Assembly (NCBI GenBank): GCA_038212275.1
Contig: JBBQUR010000006.1
Coordinates: 32,001-96,000, forward strand
Length of the DNA: 64,000 nt
Origin: Planctomycetota bacterium
GTDB taxonomy: Bacteria > Planctomycetota > B15-G4
Direction: 5' to 3'
The position numbers were made by a program, and so were the translations under genes. Below the pieces are notes generated by a model, which made no database searches, was not told the origin of the DNA, and was given only the letters and a program-made list of their open reading frames with translations. Positions 38,017 through 46,745 of this stretch are shown here, piece by piece (position 1 is the stretch's first letter; every line of letters starts with the position of its first letter).

Positions 38017-38322
38017 GTGCAGGCCATCATCAGTGATCGTGGGCGTCAGTACCCCGTGAACGACGGCGACACCCTTGTGGTCGACCTCATTGCGGACGCC
38101 GAGCCCGGCGCCGAACTTCTGTTCGAGCAGGTTCTCGTTCTGGGTGACCAGATCGGAACGCCCTTCGTTTCGGGCGCGTCCGTGAAGGCACGGATCGTGG
38201 ACCACTTCAAGGGCCCGAAGATGTACGTGGAGAAGTTTCGTCGGCGCAAGAATTACCGGCGCCGCGTGGGGCACCGCCAGCAGTTCACCCGAATCACGAT
38301 CGCATCCATCACCGGCGCTTGA
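38017..38322 (+). CDS. rplU: 50S ribosomal protein bL21
   Basis: GRQY.V, IGTPFV.GA, RRRKNYRR..GHRQ.FT; AAGGAG RBS. Confidence 0.95.
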   Translation: MQAIISDRGRQYPVNDGDTLVVDLIADAEPGAELLFEQVLVLGDQIGTPFVSGASVKARIVDHFKGPKMYVEKFRRRKNYRRRVGHRQQFTRITIASITGA

Positions 38323-38355
38323 TCGCAAGCTGCGCAGACAGGGAGCTACAGGGAC

Positions 38356-38613
38356 ATGGCACACAAGAAGGGTCAGGGCAGTTCGCGCAACGGTCGCGAC
38401 AGCAACGCTCAGCACCGCGGCCTCAAGCGCTACGGCGGAGAGGTTGTCCAGGCCGGAACCATCATCGTGCGGCAGGTCGGGTCCAACTTCCACGCGGGCC
38501 TGAACGTCGGGACCGGTCGGGACTTCACCCTGTTTGCGCTGAAGGATGGCGTGGTCCGCTTCGGAACTCGTCGACGAGTCCACGTTGACGAGTCGCTCGT
38601 CTCCGAGAACTGA
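38356..38613 (+). CDS. rpmA: 50S ribosomal protein bL27
   Basis: [23 protein letters not shown]. Confidence 0.97.
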   Translation: MAHKKGQGSSRNGRDSNAQHRGLKRYGGEVVQAGTIIVRQVGSNFHAGLNVGTGRDFTLFALKDGVVRFGTRRRVHVDESLVSEN

Positions 38614-38648
38614 TCCGTCGCTGAGCGCGACGGTTCGGGAACTCCCGC

Positions 38649-39782
38649 ATGTTCATCGACGAGACCGAGTTCGCGGTCTCGTCGGGTCGTGGAGGGGACG
38701 GCATCGTCTCCTTCCGCAGGGAGAAGTTCGTGCCGCGCGGCGGGCCGGACGGCGGCGACGGCGGGCGCGGCGGCGATGTGGTGCTGCGCTCCTCCATCCA
38801 CGTGGGCACCCTCGCGGGGCTGCAGCATCGTCGCCACTACCGAGGAGGCAACGGTCGGCCCGGCGGCGCGAACAATCGAACCGGGCGCGATGGCGAATCG
38901 CTGCTGATCGAGGTGCCCGTGGGCACGCTCGTGCGGGATCGCGAGCGTGGCCATGTCCTGCGTGATCTTTCAGCACCCGACATGGAGTTCGTGGTCGTCG
39001 CAGGAGGCCGTGGGGGCAAGGGGAACAAGCACTTCGCCCACTCCACGAATCAGACGCCGCGTCGGGCCACTCTTGGTCAGGAGGGACAGGCGCGCGAACT
39101 GAAGCTCGAGTTGCGGCTGGTTGCCGATGTCGGGCTCGTGGGACTGCCCAACGCCGGCAAGTCCACCTTCCTGAGCCGGGTCTCTGCGGCTCGCCCCAAG
39201 GTCGCGGATTACCCCTTCACGACGCTTGAGCCGGTGCTCGGCATCGTGAATCGAGATGAAATCAGCCTCGTCGTCGCCGACATTCCGGGCCTGATCGAGG
39301 GCGCCCACGCGGGAGCAGGTCTCGGCGATCGCTTCCTGAGGCATGTCGCCCGCACCCGAGTCCTGTTGCATCTTGTCGATGCCAGCGAAGGGGCGGAGGC
39401 CGCGATCAAGGCCAGCCAGACGATTCGCTCCGAGCTGGAACTCTCCGGCTTGGGACTTCAGGACAAGCCCACGGTTGTCGCGCTGTCGCGCGCGGATACT
39501 GTCGAGGATCCCGAGTCTATCGCCAGCAGCCTGGCTGGCGTCGTCGGGCAGCCGGTTCTGGTGCTGTCGGCGCACACGGGAGTTGGCGTTGCCGAGGTCC
39601 TGGGACGCCTGGCGCGCGTTCTGTCGGAGTTGCCCCGCCCTGTGCTTCCGCCCCGCGAGGTGCCCCCGGAGTTCACCGATTCCCAAGCGACGCTGCCCCT
39701 CACCGAAGCTGATGACCGTGACGGGGAAGACGCCGCGGATCCAGGGGACATGGACGCCCCTCCGTCGGACTCAGGGCCGTAG
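38649..39782 (+). CDS. obgE: GTPase Obg/CgtA
   Basis: FRREKFVPRGGPDGGDGG, GLPNAGKST, DYPFTT, DIPG. Confidence 0.95.
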   Translation: MFIDETEFAVSSGRGGDGIVSFRREKFVPRGGPDGGDGGRGGDVVLRSSIHVGTLAGLQHRRHYRGGNGRPGGANNRTGRDGESLLIEVPVGTLVRDRERGHVLRDLSAPDMEFVVVAGGRGGKGNKHFAHSTNQTPRRATLGQEGQARELKLELRLVADVGLVGLPNAGKSTFLSRVSAARPKVADYPFTTLEPVLGIVNRDEISLVVADIPGLIEGAHAGAGLGDRFLRHVARTRVLLHLVDASEGAEAAIKASQTIRSELELSGLGLQDKPTVVALSRADTVEDPESIASSLAGVVGQPVLVLSAHTGVGVAEVLGRLARVLSELPRPVLPPREVPPEFTDSQATLPLTEADDRDGEDAADPGDMDAPPSDSGP

Positions 39783-39922
39783 CTAGCGAGGCTTTTGCAG
39801 GTTCCGGGAAGACGGGTTCCTCGGTCGCGTCCAAGCGATGATGCATCGCTCAGCCGACCAGTCGTTGCATTGAGGCGCCGCGGCCGGCACCCTTAGAATG
39901 GCGCGGTACCGAAAGGTTCAAC

Positions 39923-40969
39923 ATGCAATTGCGCGTGAACATTCGAAGGATCAAGCTGCTCGTCTGGCTGCTGTGCGCCCTGACGTTTCTGTACGCAGGC
40001 TACACTTTCTACGAAATTTATTCGGACAAGGTCGCAGGGCGATACAGCGCTCGCAAATCGACGATTTTCGCCGACCTCCTGACGCACAACGTGAACGCGA
40101 ATTCGTTGAACCCTCGCGCCGGCAAGGAAGGTTTCTACCCGGAAGATCGTTACAAAAAACTCTGGGATGCACTCGTCGACGGGTCGGTACGCCCGGTCGA
40201 CGCCGGGCCGGTTGCGCCTGTGGAGCCGGCGCTACCGCAGTTTGTCCTGCCCGATCTTTCGGCGATCATTCACATCGGGCTCGTGGTCTACAGCAAGAGC
40301 CCGGTAGAGCGATTCGTAGCGCTGTCTTACGTTGCCGATGCCGCCAAGGGGGGAGGAGGTGCGCCGGGAGGAGCGCCGCCCACCGCAGGCAAGGAGGTAA
40401 GACTGCACCTGTCGGAGGGTGATCCGCTCAAGCCGCCCTACGATGCTGGGTACTACAACGGCAAGGTGCTGCGCATCGGCTTGCAGGAGGTGGTTTTCCA
40501 GTGGGGTGAGACCGAAGTCACCTTGACACCCAGTCTCGGCAGCGAGGGCGGAGGCCAGACCCTTGACCAATTCAAGGTTGCGCCGAGCATCGATCCGACT
40601 GCGGGCGTCCAGAAGGCACCTGATGACTCGGTCGAAGTGGCGCCTGGTCACTGGATCATCGGGACGAAGGACATTTCGCGTATGAAGCACGACCCGCAGG
40701 CCTTCATGAGCGAGGAACTGAACGTTCACTCCGTCACGGGTGTCTCGAGCGGTCGCACAGAACTTGAAGTCAGTGAAGTCAAAGCTGGATCACTCGCCGC
40801 CCAATACGGGGTGAAGACAGGCGACAAGATCATCTCCGTCAATGGATTTCCGATGAGCAGCGTCTCTGCCGCGATCAACTGGGCGAAAGCCAATCCAGAC
40901 CTGCCGATGTACGTCATCGCATACGAGCACGCAGGACAGTTGAAAACGGTCACGATTCACGTGAAGTGA
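39923..40969 (+). CDS. Membrane-anchored PDZ protein, GspC-like architecture
   Basis: One N-terminal TM, central beta-rich segment (L.EGD...GKVLRI...EVVF), C-terminal PDZ (GSLAAQYGVKTGDKIISVNG). Confidence 0.6.
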   Translation: MQLRVNIRRIKLLVWLLCALTFLYAGYTFYEIYSDKVAGRYSARKSTIFADLLTHNVNANSLNPRAGKEGFYPEDRYKKLWDALVDGSVRPVDAGPVAPVEPALPQFVLPDLSAIIHIGLVVYSKSPVERFVALSYVADAAKGGGGAPGGAPPTAGKEVRLHLSEGDPLKPPYDAGYYNGKVLRIGLQEVVFQWGETEVTLTPSLGSEGGGQTLDQFKVAPSIDPTAGVQKAPDDSVEVAPGHWIIGTKDISRMKHDPQAFMSEELNVHSVTGVSSGRTELEVSEVKAGSLAAQYGVKTGDKIISVNGFPMSSVSAAINWAKANPDLPMYVIAYEHAGQLKTVTIHVK

Positions 40970-41682
40970 CAGCCTCGGAACTCATCACAATCGACATAGG
41001 GAACTCGTCGATTGGCATCGGTCGACGGCTTGACGAAAGATGGATCGTTCAGCGCGTTCGCGAACCACGTGAAGCGGCCATGCTCATTCGAGGTGATTCC
41101 GTTGCAATCTCGGTAGCGCCGACCAGATTCGAGCAGCTCCGCAGGGAAGTCTCGGCGCTTGGCTATCCGCGGATTCGCGAACTTCAGCGCCCTCCGCCGC
41201 GATTGACATTTGCCTCGCCGGAACTTCTACTGACCGCCGGATCGGACAGGATCGCCAATGCTTTGGCTTTGCTTCCAGGGCCTGGAATTGCTGTCGATGC
41301 GGGAACCGCTGTGACGATCGATGTGGTCGATTCCGCGGGTGTCTACCGCGGTGGGTTCATCGCCGCGGGTCCTGGCGCTTCGTCGGCGGGGCTGGCGGCG
41401 ATCACCGCTCAACTGCCCTTCCTGACAGGAATGCCTGCAAAGTTGGTTCCCGGCGATAACACTGCCGATGCGCTTGGCGCAGGACTGTGGGGGGCAGCCA
41501 TTGGTGGCGTGGACCGATTGGTCGAGTGCGCGATACACTCGCTTTCGCCGGGATCCCCCGCGTGTGTCGTGGCTACTGGTGGATGGGGACGAGCATGGGC
41601 TGCTGAGAGTCGGCATTCCCGAATTCACGACGAGCCCAATCTCGTACACATCGGGATTGCGCGTTGGGCAGAGTGGATGTGA
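40966..41682 (+). CDS. coaX: Type III pantothenate kinase
   Basis: IDIGNS, GSDR, VDAGTA.TID, GG.I..GP, ATGG. Confidence 0.88.
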   Translation: MTASELITIDIGNSSIGIGRRLDERWIVQRVREPREAAMLIRGDSVAISVAPTRFEQLRREVSALGYPRIRELQRPPPRLTFASPELLLTAGSDRIANALALLPGPGIAVDAGTAVTIDVVDSAGVYRGGFIAAGPGASSAGLAAITAQLPFLTGMPAKLVPGDNTADALGAGLWGAAIGGVDRLVECAIHSLSPGSPACVVATGGWGRAWAAESRHSRIHDEPNLVHIGIARWAEWM

Positions 41683-42653
41683 ATACCTGGCGAAGAGTAA
41701 CCGCAGAGGGCCTCTCCTCTGTCGCGATACTGGACGTGCGCGGTGACTTGCGAAGCCTCTGCATTCGGGATCCTCACGGGTGCAGGGTTGGCTGGCCATC
41801 CATCGGTGAGTTTCGACATTGCCTTCTTTGCAATTCACATCATGTCGTGGACGAGGTGCTCGTGCTGGGCACCGCGCGCGGAGCTGAACTTCATCTGCAT
41901 GGTGGGTTCGGTTCGGCAAGCGCGGCCGAGGCATGTCTGCGTGCAGCCAATTTCGTACGAGAGCAGGCGACCGATGAACCCGCACCTCGGAGTGCATGCC
42001 ACGCTTGGGCCCTCCTTTCGATCGAACACGGGCCCCTCGCGCGGCTCCACACCTTCATTGATCGCGGTGCTGCGTCGACTTGCAACGAAACGGCTCTGCC
42101 GGACCTACTTCAGCAGGATATTGCGAGTTGCCGTCAGCGAGAGGGCCTCGGCGAAAGACTGGCAGTCCCCCCCGTTGTAGCGATCGTCGGGAGGCCCAAC
42201 GCCGGAAAGAGCACGCTCTTCAACTCAATAGTCGGTAGCAAGCGCGCCCTCGTTGCCCCCGAAGCTGGGACGACTCGGGATGAAGTTCGAGGACTTGTGG
42301 AACTCGACGGAATTGCTGTGGAACTTGTCGACACGGCCGGAGCAGTTACCCCGATACCACTTCAGTCACGTGCGGATGTCGTCGTGCACCTCCTGACAGA
42401 ACCTGACGAACAGCAGCGGAAAGTCTTGCCACGTCAAACCATCATTCGAGCCATGGGACATGCCGATCAGTTTTGCGACCATGCCATGTTGGCGGTTTCG
42501 GGGCTCACCGGCATTGGCGTTCCGCAATTGCTGGGGAACATCTCGATGTCCTTGGGCCTGCAGCACCCTGAAGGAGCTGAACTGTGGGCGCCAGTTGGGG
42601 CGAAACTCCGGCGATGGCTCCGACCAGGGAAGTCTGCTGCTCCGCTACGCTAG
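41679..42653 (+). CDS. Short MnmE/TrmE-like GTPase
   Basis: N-terminal VVDEVL..ELHLHGG; G1 GRPNAGKS, G2 GTTRD, G3 DTAG; G4 degenerate. Confidence 0.7.
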   Translation: MNTWRRVTAEGLSSVAILDVRGDLRSLCIRDPHGCRVGWPSIGEFRHCLLCNSHHVVDEVLVLGTARGAELHLHGGFGSASAAEACLRAANFVREQATDEPAPRSACHAWALLSIEHGPLARLHTFIDRGAASTCNETALPDLLQQDIASCRQREGLGERLAVPPVVAIVGRPNAGKSTLFNSIVGSKRALVAPEAGTTRDEVRGLVELDGIAVELVDTAGAVTPIPLQSRADVVVHLLTEPDEQQRKVLPRQTIIRAMGHADQFCDHAMLAVSGLTGIGVPQLLGNISMSLGLQHPEGAELWAPVGAKLRRWLRPGKSAAPLR

Positions 42654-43007
42654 GGGGCAGGCCAGGGAGATACCCGGCATGAGCAGGATACTGCTGAGAC
42701 GAGCATCGCAAACCGAATCGATCGTCAGGTAGCCCAAGAGAGAATCGTCGGGTGCGAATGGGCTTGCAGAGAGTAGGCTGTTTGGCTCTCGTTTTGGCCC
42801 GTTGCCCCCGACCAAAGCCATCTAAAGGGCTTGCGCGAAATGAACACGCTGCGCGATCGTCACCGGACCCCGCAAGACGGGCACACAGTCTCAACAAGTG
42901 CTCCATGCTCGCGCAGGCGACTGCCGCATCCGACGGAATGCGGCACACATGTATCTGGATCCATATCGAAGGCGCGTAGCGTAGCCGTCGCCCGCAAGTA
43001 CCCGTTC

Positions 43008-46000
43008 ATGCTGTTGCTGACGATGATCCTAGTCGCGGCAGGCCTTGGCTGTGGTGGAGGAACGGGTGGAGGTGCTGGGCCAACGGATGGCGGACCGAGC
43101 GGCGGCAACGGCAGTCTGGACCCAAAGAAGGACTTTTTCCTCACTGCTGCGGCCTTCGCCAGGCCGATCTTCGATGTTGCAGGCAAGTTGATTGGAGTCG
43201 TCAACCCCGCGTCACTGTTCGAAGTCGACCCCATCACAAATGTACCACTACCGACTTTTCCAAAAGTCCTAGTTCCTGGAACGAGTCTTGGCAGTTTGGC
43301 TTCATTGAACTTCGAGCAAATCCTGGACCCGCTGACGCCGCAAGTTCCGCTGATTCCGCGCAACAGCGCACTGGTTCTGCAATTCACCCAGCCTATCAAG
43401 GTCGACTCACTCATGTTGAGCGATGCTGACGCGGCGGCACCGGACCAAATCACGTCAACAAGTACCGTACAGATTCGGCGACAGGACGGCTCAGTCGTCC
43501 CTTCACGTGCCTTTGTTGACGGATCCAAGCTTATCATTATCGGAAATGTCGGCGACTCAGTGGGATTCGAGGCGAGTCCGTTGGTATTCAATAGTTTCGG
43601 AAACGCTGTTGAGGACCCGAAGGGCTATTTTCAGCTTGTGCTTGGCGTCGGGTCAGGCAAACTGCTTTCCACGACGGGTTTGGCGCTGGTTCCTCGTGAG
43701 GACAAGCTTGGCTCCGTAGGATTGCCAATTCCTGTAAATCCAGGAAATTCAAGCCTCGACGCGATTGTACTTCAGACTGAAAGTGGAGTCGTTTCCTTCA
43801 ACGGATTTCTACCTGACCTGACAGCCCCTAGATTGATTCGTCCGGTTGCTCAAGATGGATTCATTGATATTGTCGGATTCGCGTCTGAGGCTGGCCAGCA
43901 GATTATTGAGATCACCGGTGCACCGCTCCTGCAGGCGCCAAACGTGCTCGCCAACGGTGGCTTGGGTGAGTGGGCGAGCGCCCGGATGGACATCACCGGA
44001 ATCGGCAACGCCGTCAGCTCATACGTAGTTCTCAGAAATTATGCGCAGGTGCTGCCTCCGAACAAGCCCGTGTTCCAACTCGCGCCAGGAAGCCTCCTGG
44101 ATCCATCGGTCGTGGTCGGAAGCAAATTCAAGCTAATCCGCTCGGAATTTTTTGAACCGATTCCGCCTCCATTGCCCAATGGCACATTGCAGCTCGCCAA
44201 AGTCACTGTTGACCCTATTAATCACCCGCGTGACCCGCTTGACCCGCAGGATTCATTCAACCACGACTTGCGCTATTTCGTTCGCATGTTCGACGAAGAT
44301 GGAATGGAGGAACTCGACCGATGGAACCCGGCGACTGGCCTCTTCCTCGCGGTATCGCCGAAGTCAGAGCTGCGATTGACGTTCAGCGAGCCCATGGACT
44401 TGTCATCATTTCGACCATACGAAAACTTCTTCGTGACGGACCTCGCTCAAGTCAAGAGCGCAACGGCATTCGAGGCTCAGCGTATCGGGCAACCGATCGC
44501 CAGCAGCGACAGCCGTTCAATATCATTCGTTCCTCTGCTCGAGAACCAGCAGGCTCCCGATACGGAAAGCTTCATCGGATTCGGCGGGACACCTTCCAGT
44601 CTGAAACTCGTCCTGCGAACGATTCCAGAGAAGTCGCAGATTGCGGCACTCAAGGCAAGTGCGTCCCCGGCTCAACTGGCGCTTCTGCAGGATCTCGAAA
44701 CCAAGGGCGTGCTTGGAATAAACGACCTCGGGGGAAGGGGGCTCGGCCTACCGCAAGCACTGCTCGATCAGGGCAATACCACGCAGTTTCTCCTTCAGTC
44801 TACTAGTGTGGGAGGTGGGCCCTTTCCACCTGCTGTTGATTTTCAAGTCGCATTCCAGACGATGCAGTCGAGCGACCCAGACTACGGCGCCGTCGTCCAC
44901 CGATTCATGGGGCAGGCTTCAACTGCGTCCTTCACATATCCGAATGGTTCGATCCACGATACGGTGACATCTGGTGTTGAGTATGCTGATCACCCTGCAA
45001 TTGACGCCAATGGCGACAGTGTCATTGACCAGCGATTCATCTACGGACCGCAGACTTTCGACATCGCGCTCAACCTCCCCGGAAAACTGGCTGGTGCAAG
45101 CGCGCAGACGATACAGCACCTGATCGATGATTTTAACAAGCCAAAGGTGTCCCCGTACTCATCTCCAAACGGAGAGGACACGCTCAAGAAGCTAGGATTC
45201 GGACTTAGTACGCCATTAAACTCGCCACTTGGCTGCCGCTTTCAGCATGTCTATCGAGCCGGTGATGCGTCGCCTTCGTATAATGATTTCAACGGCGTCA
45301 TCCTTGACCTCGTAGGTCTCGCATGGTCACCACTGAACAATACAGTCAGCAATACGGTAATAGACGACATTGAAATATTGGTCGGTCTAAGCGGCGCTGG
45401 AATGCTGCAAGGGCCTGGAATTACGACCGGTGGCGACGGCATCCCCGATTCTCCGCAGTCAGGGCTGATTCAGCAATTCGATTGCAATCTCCTCGAGTGG
45501 GCAGAAAATTGCTGCCTGCTATCATCCTTGCCCGAGTTCCCCGCGTCTCTGATAAAGTACATTGAATCGGAGCCAAAGCTTACCCCCGTTGTCGCGTCTG
45601 GAACCGCGTATCCGATCGTCGCGGGCTCGCTGTTCAAGCCCCAGAACGCCGGTGCTCCCGGTACATTCAACCTTTGGATGAATTATCCAACATTCAACTC
45701 TGGAACTGATCCAATTTTCGGCAAGACAACGACCAAGTCATTTCCCTACGACAGCCGATTTCCGATGCTCATCGAATATCGTATTGATCCCGCTAGCTCG
45801 GTGTATCCATCGACCAATAACTTCTACCGATTCTCGCCCGGACTGCTCTCGTCGGCACTGCCCCGCTTCCGAATCTGGAGTCAGGGGCAGGATCCCTTGG
45901 CTTACTCCGTTCCGAATTTCACACTAGGCTTATCAATGCCTGGTACAATTGCATGTACATTTAAAGCAGGTGAGGGGGGGCCGCTCTACGAACCGGGGAC

Positions 46001-46745
46001 ATTCACTTCCGACATCCTGCCTCCGACGCCCAACAACGGCATGCCCATAATAAAAGCTTCGGTATATCAACTGCCGCCCAAAGCAAATTGCGTCGAAGCG
46101 CAGTTGCCGAAACCAGACTTGGTGCTTGGCAAGATACCGGGGCCACCGGTAGTGCTTCCAATGTCCAACACCGACCCGAATACTAACTGGTACTACGCCG
46201 ACGGGCAGCTTGCATATCCACTCCCGAACAAAGGGTGTTTTCCCGGTCCAGCCAACCCCGGGCAGAAAACGGCAAATGTTGGCTATGGCATAGATGGCGT
46301 ATGCACCGCAGGAAGCCCGCTCAACGTGAACGAGCCGAACTATCAGTGCAATCCGGGTCAATACGGGGATAATTCTCGATATTTTATGCTTTGGCAGTAT
46401 CGAAAGCGTGTTTCGATCATCGAGTCACCGACCCTTATTGCCACGGCTCCAAGTGGCTTGGTTGAATACCGAGTGCCGATCATACAGCCGCCGCTCTCCA
46501 CAGTGGATCCAGCTGCAGGCTTGAATGTCGAAGTGCGTGCGGGTACCGAACTCGACTTCTCAATCCCAGTACTGGAGTCAGGCTACGTATCGGTTACCGA
46601 TCCGGAGTTTGTCAGCAAGGTATCCGGCGAGAACGTCGATCGGCAGTTCGTGAAGTTTCGAGCAAGTTTTGCAGTCGCACCCGGACAGTTTCAGCCTCCG
46701 TACATCGACACGATCATCATTCCTTATCGCAGGGTCGCCCCATGA
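43008..46745 (+). CDS. Giant predicted lipoprotein A with SbsA-type Ig-like repeats (about 1245 aa; start uncertain)
   Basis: Lipobox GLGC followed by a Gly linker; LQFTQPI and LTFSEPMD Ig-like motifs; DANGD loop. Confidence 0.7.
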   Translation: MLLLTMILVAAGLGCGGGTGGGAGPTDGGPSGGNGSLDPKKDFFLTAAAFARPIFDVAGKLIGVVNPASLFEVDPITNVPLPTFPKVLVPGTSLGSLASLNFEQILDPLTPQVPLIPRNSALVLQFTQPIKVDSLMLSDADAAAPDQITSTSTVQIRRQDGSVVPSRAFVDGSKLIIIGNVGDSVGFEASPLVFNSFGNAVEDPKGYFQLVLGVGSGKLLSTTGLALVPREDKLGSVGLPIPVNPGNSSLDAIVLQTESGVVSFNGFLPDLTAPRLIRPVAQDGFIDIVGFASEAGQQIIEITGAPLLQAPNVLANGGLGEWASARMDITGIGNAVSSYVVLRNYAQVLPPNKPVFQLAPGSLLDPSVVVGSKFKLIRSEFFEPIPPPLPNGTLQLAKVTVDPINHPRDPLDPQDSFNHDLRYFVRMFDEDGMEELDRWNPATGLFLAVSPKSELRLTFSEPMDLSSFRPYENFFVTDLAQVKSATAFEAQRIGQPIASSDSRSISFVPLLENQQAPDTESFIGFGGTPSSLKLVLRTIPEKSQIAALKASASPAQLALLQDLETKGVLGINDLGGRGLGLPQALLDQGNTTQFLLQSTSVGGGPFPPAVDFQVAFQTMQSSDPDYGAVVHRFMGQASTASFTYPNGSIHDTVTSGVEYADHPAIDANGDSVIDQRFIYGPQTFDIALNLPGKLAGASAQTIQHLIDDFNKPKVSPYSSPNGEDTLKKLGFGLSTPLNSPLGCRFQHVYRAGDASPSYNDFNGVILDLVGLAWSPLNNTVSNTVIDDIEILVGLSGAGMLQGPGITTGGDGIPDSPQSGLIQQFDCNLLEWAENCCLLSSLPEFPASLIKYIESEPKLTPVVASGTAYPIVAGSLFKPQNAGAPGTFNLWMNYPTFNSGTDPIFGKTTTKSFPYDSRFPMLIEYRIDPASSVYPSTNNFYRFSPGLLSSALPRFRIWSQGQDPLAYSVPNFTLGLSMPGTIACTFKAGEGGPLYEPGTFTSDILPPTPNNGMPIIKASVYQLPPKANCVEAQLPKPDLVLGKIPGPPVVLPMSNTDPNTNWYYADGQLAYPLPNKGCFPGPANPGQKTANVGYGIDGVCTAGSPLNVNEPNYQCNPGQYGDNSRYFMLWQYRKRVSIIESPTLIATAPSGLVEYRVPIIQPPLSTVDPAAGLNVEVRAGTELDFSIPVLESGYVSVTDPEFVSKVSGENVDRQFVKFRASFAVAPGQFQPPYIDTIIIPYRRVAP

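Noticed and set aside
42654..43007. Sigma-54 promoter for the lipoprotein operon
   Set aside because: No convincing GG-N10-GC (TGGCAC-N5-TTGC) match by eye
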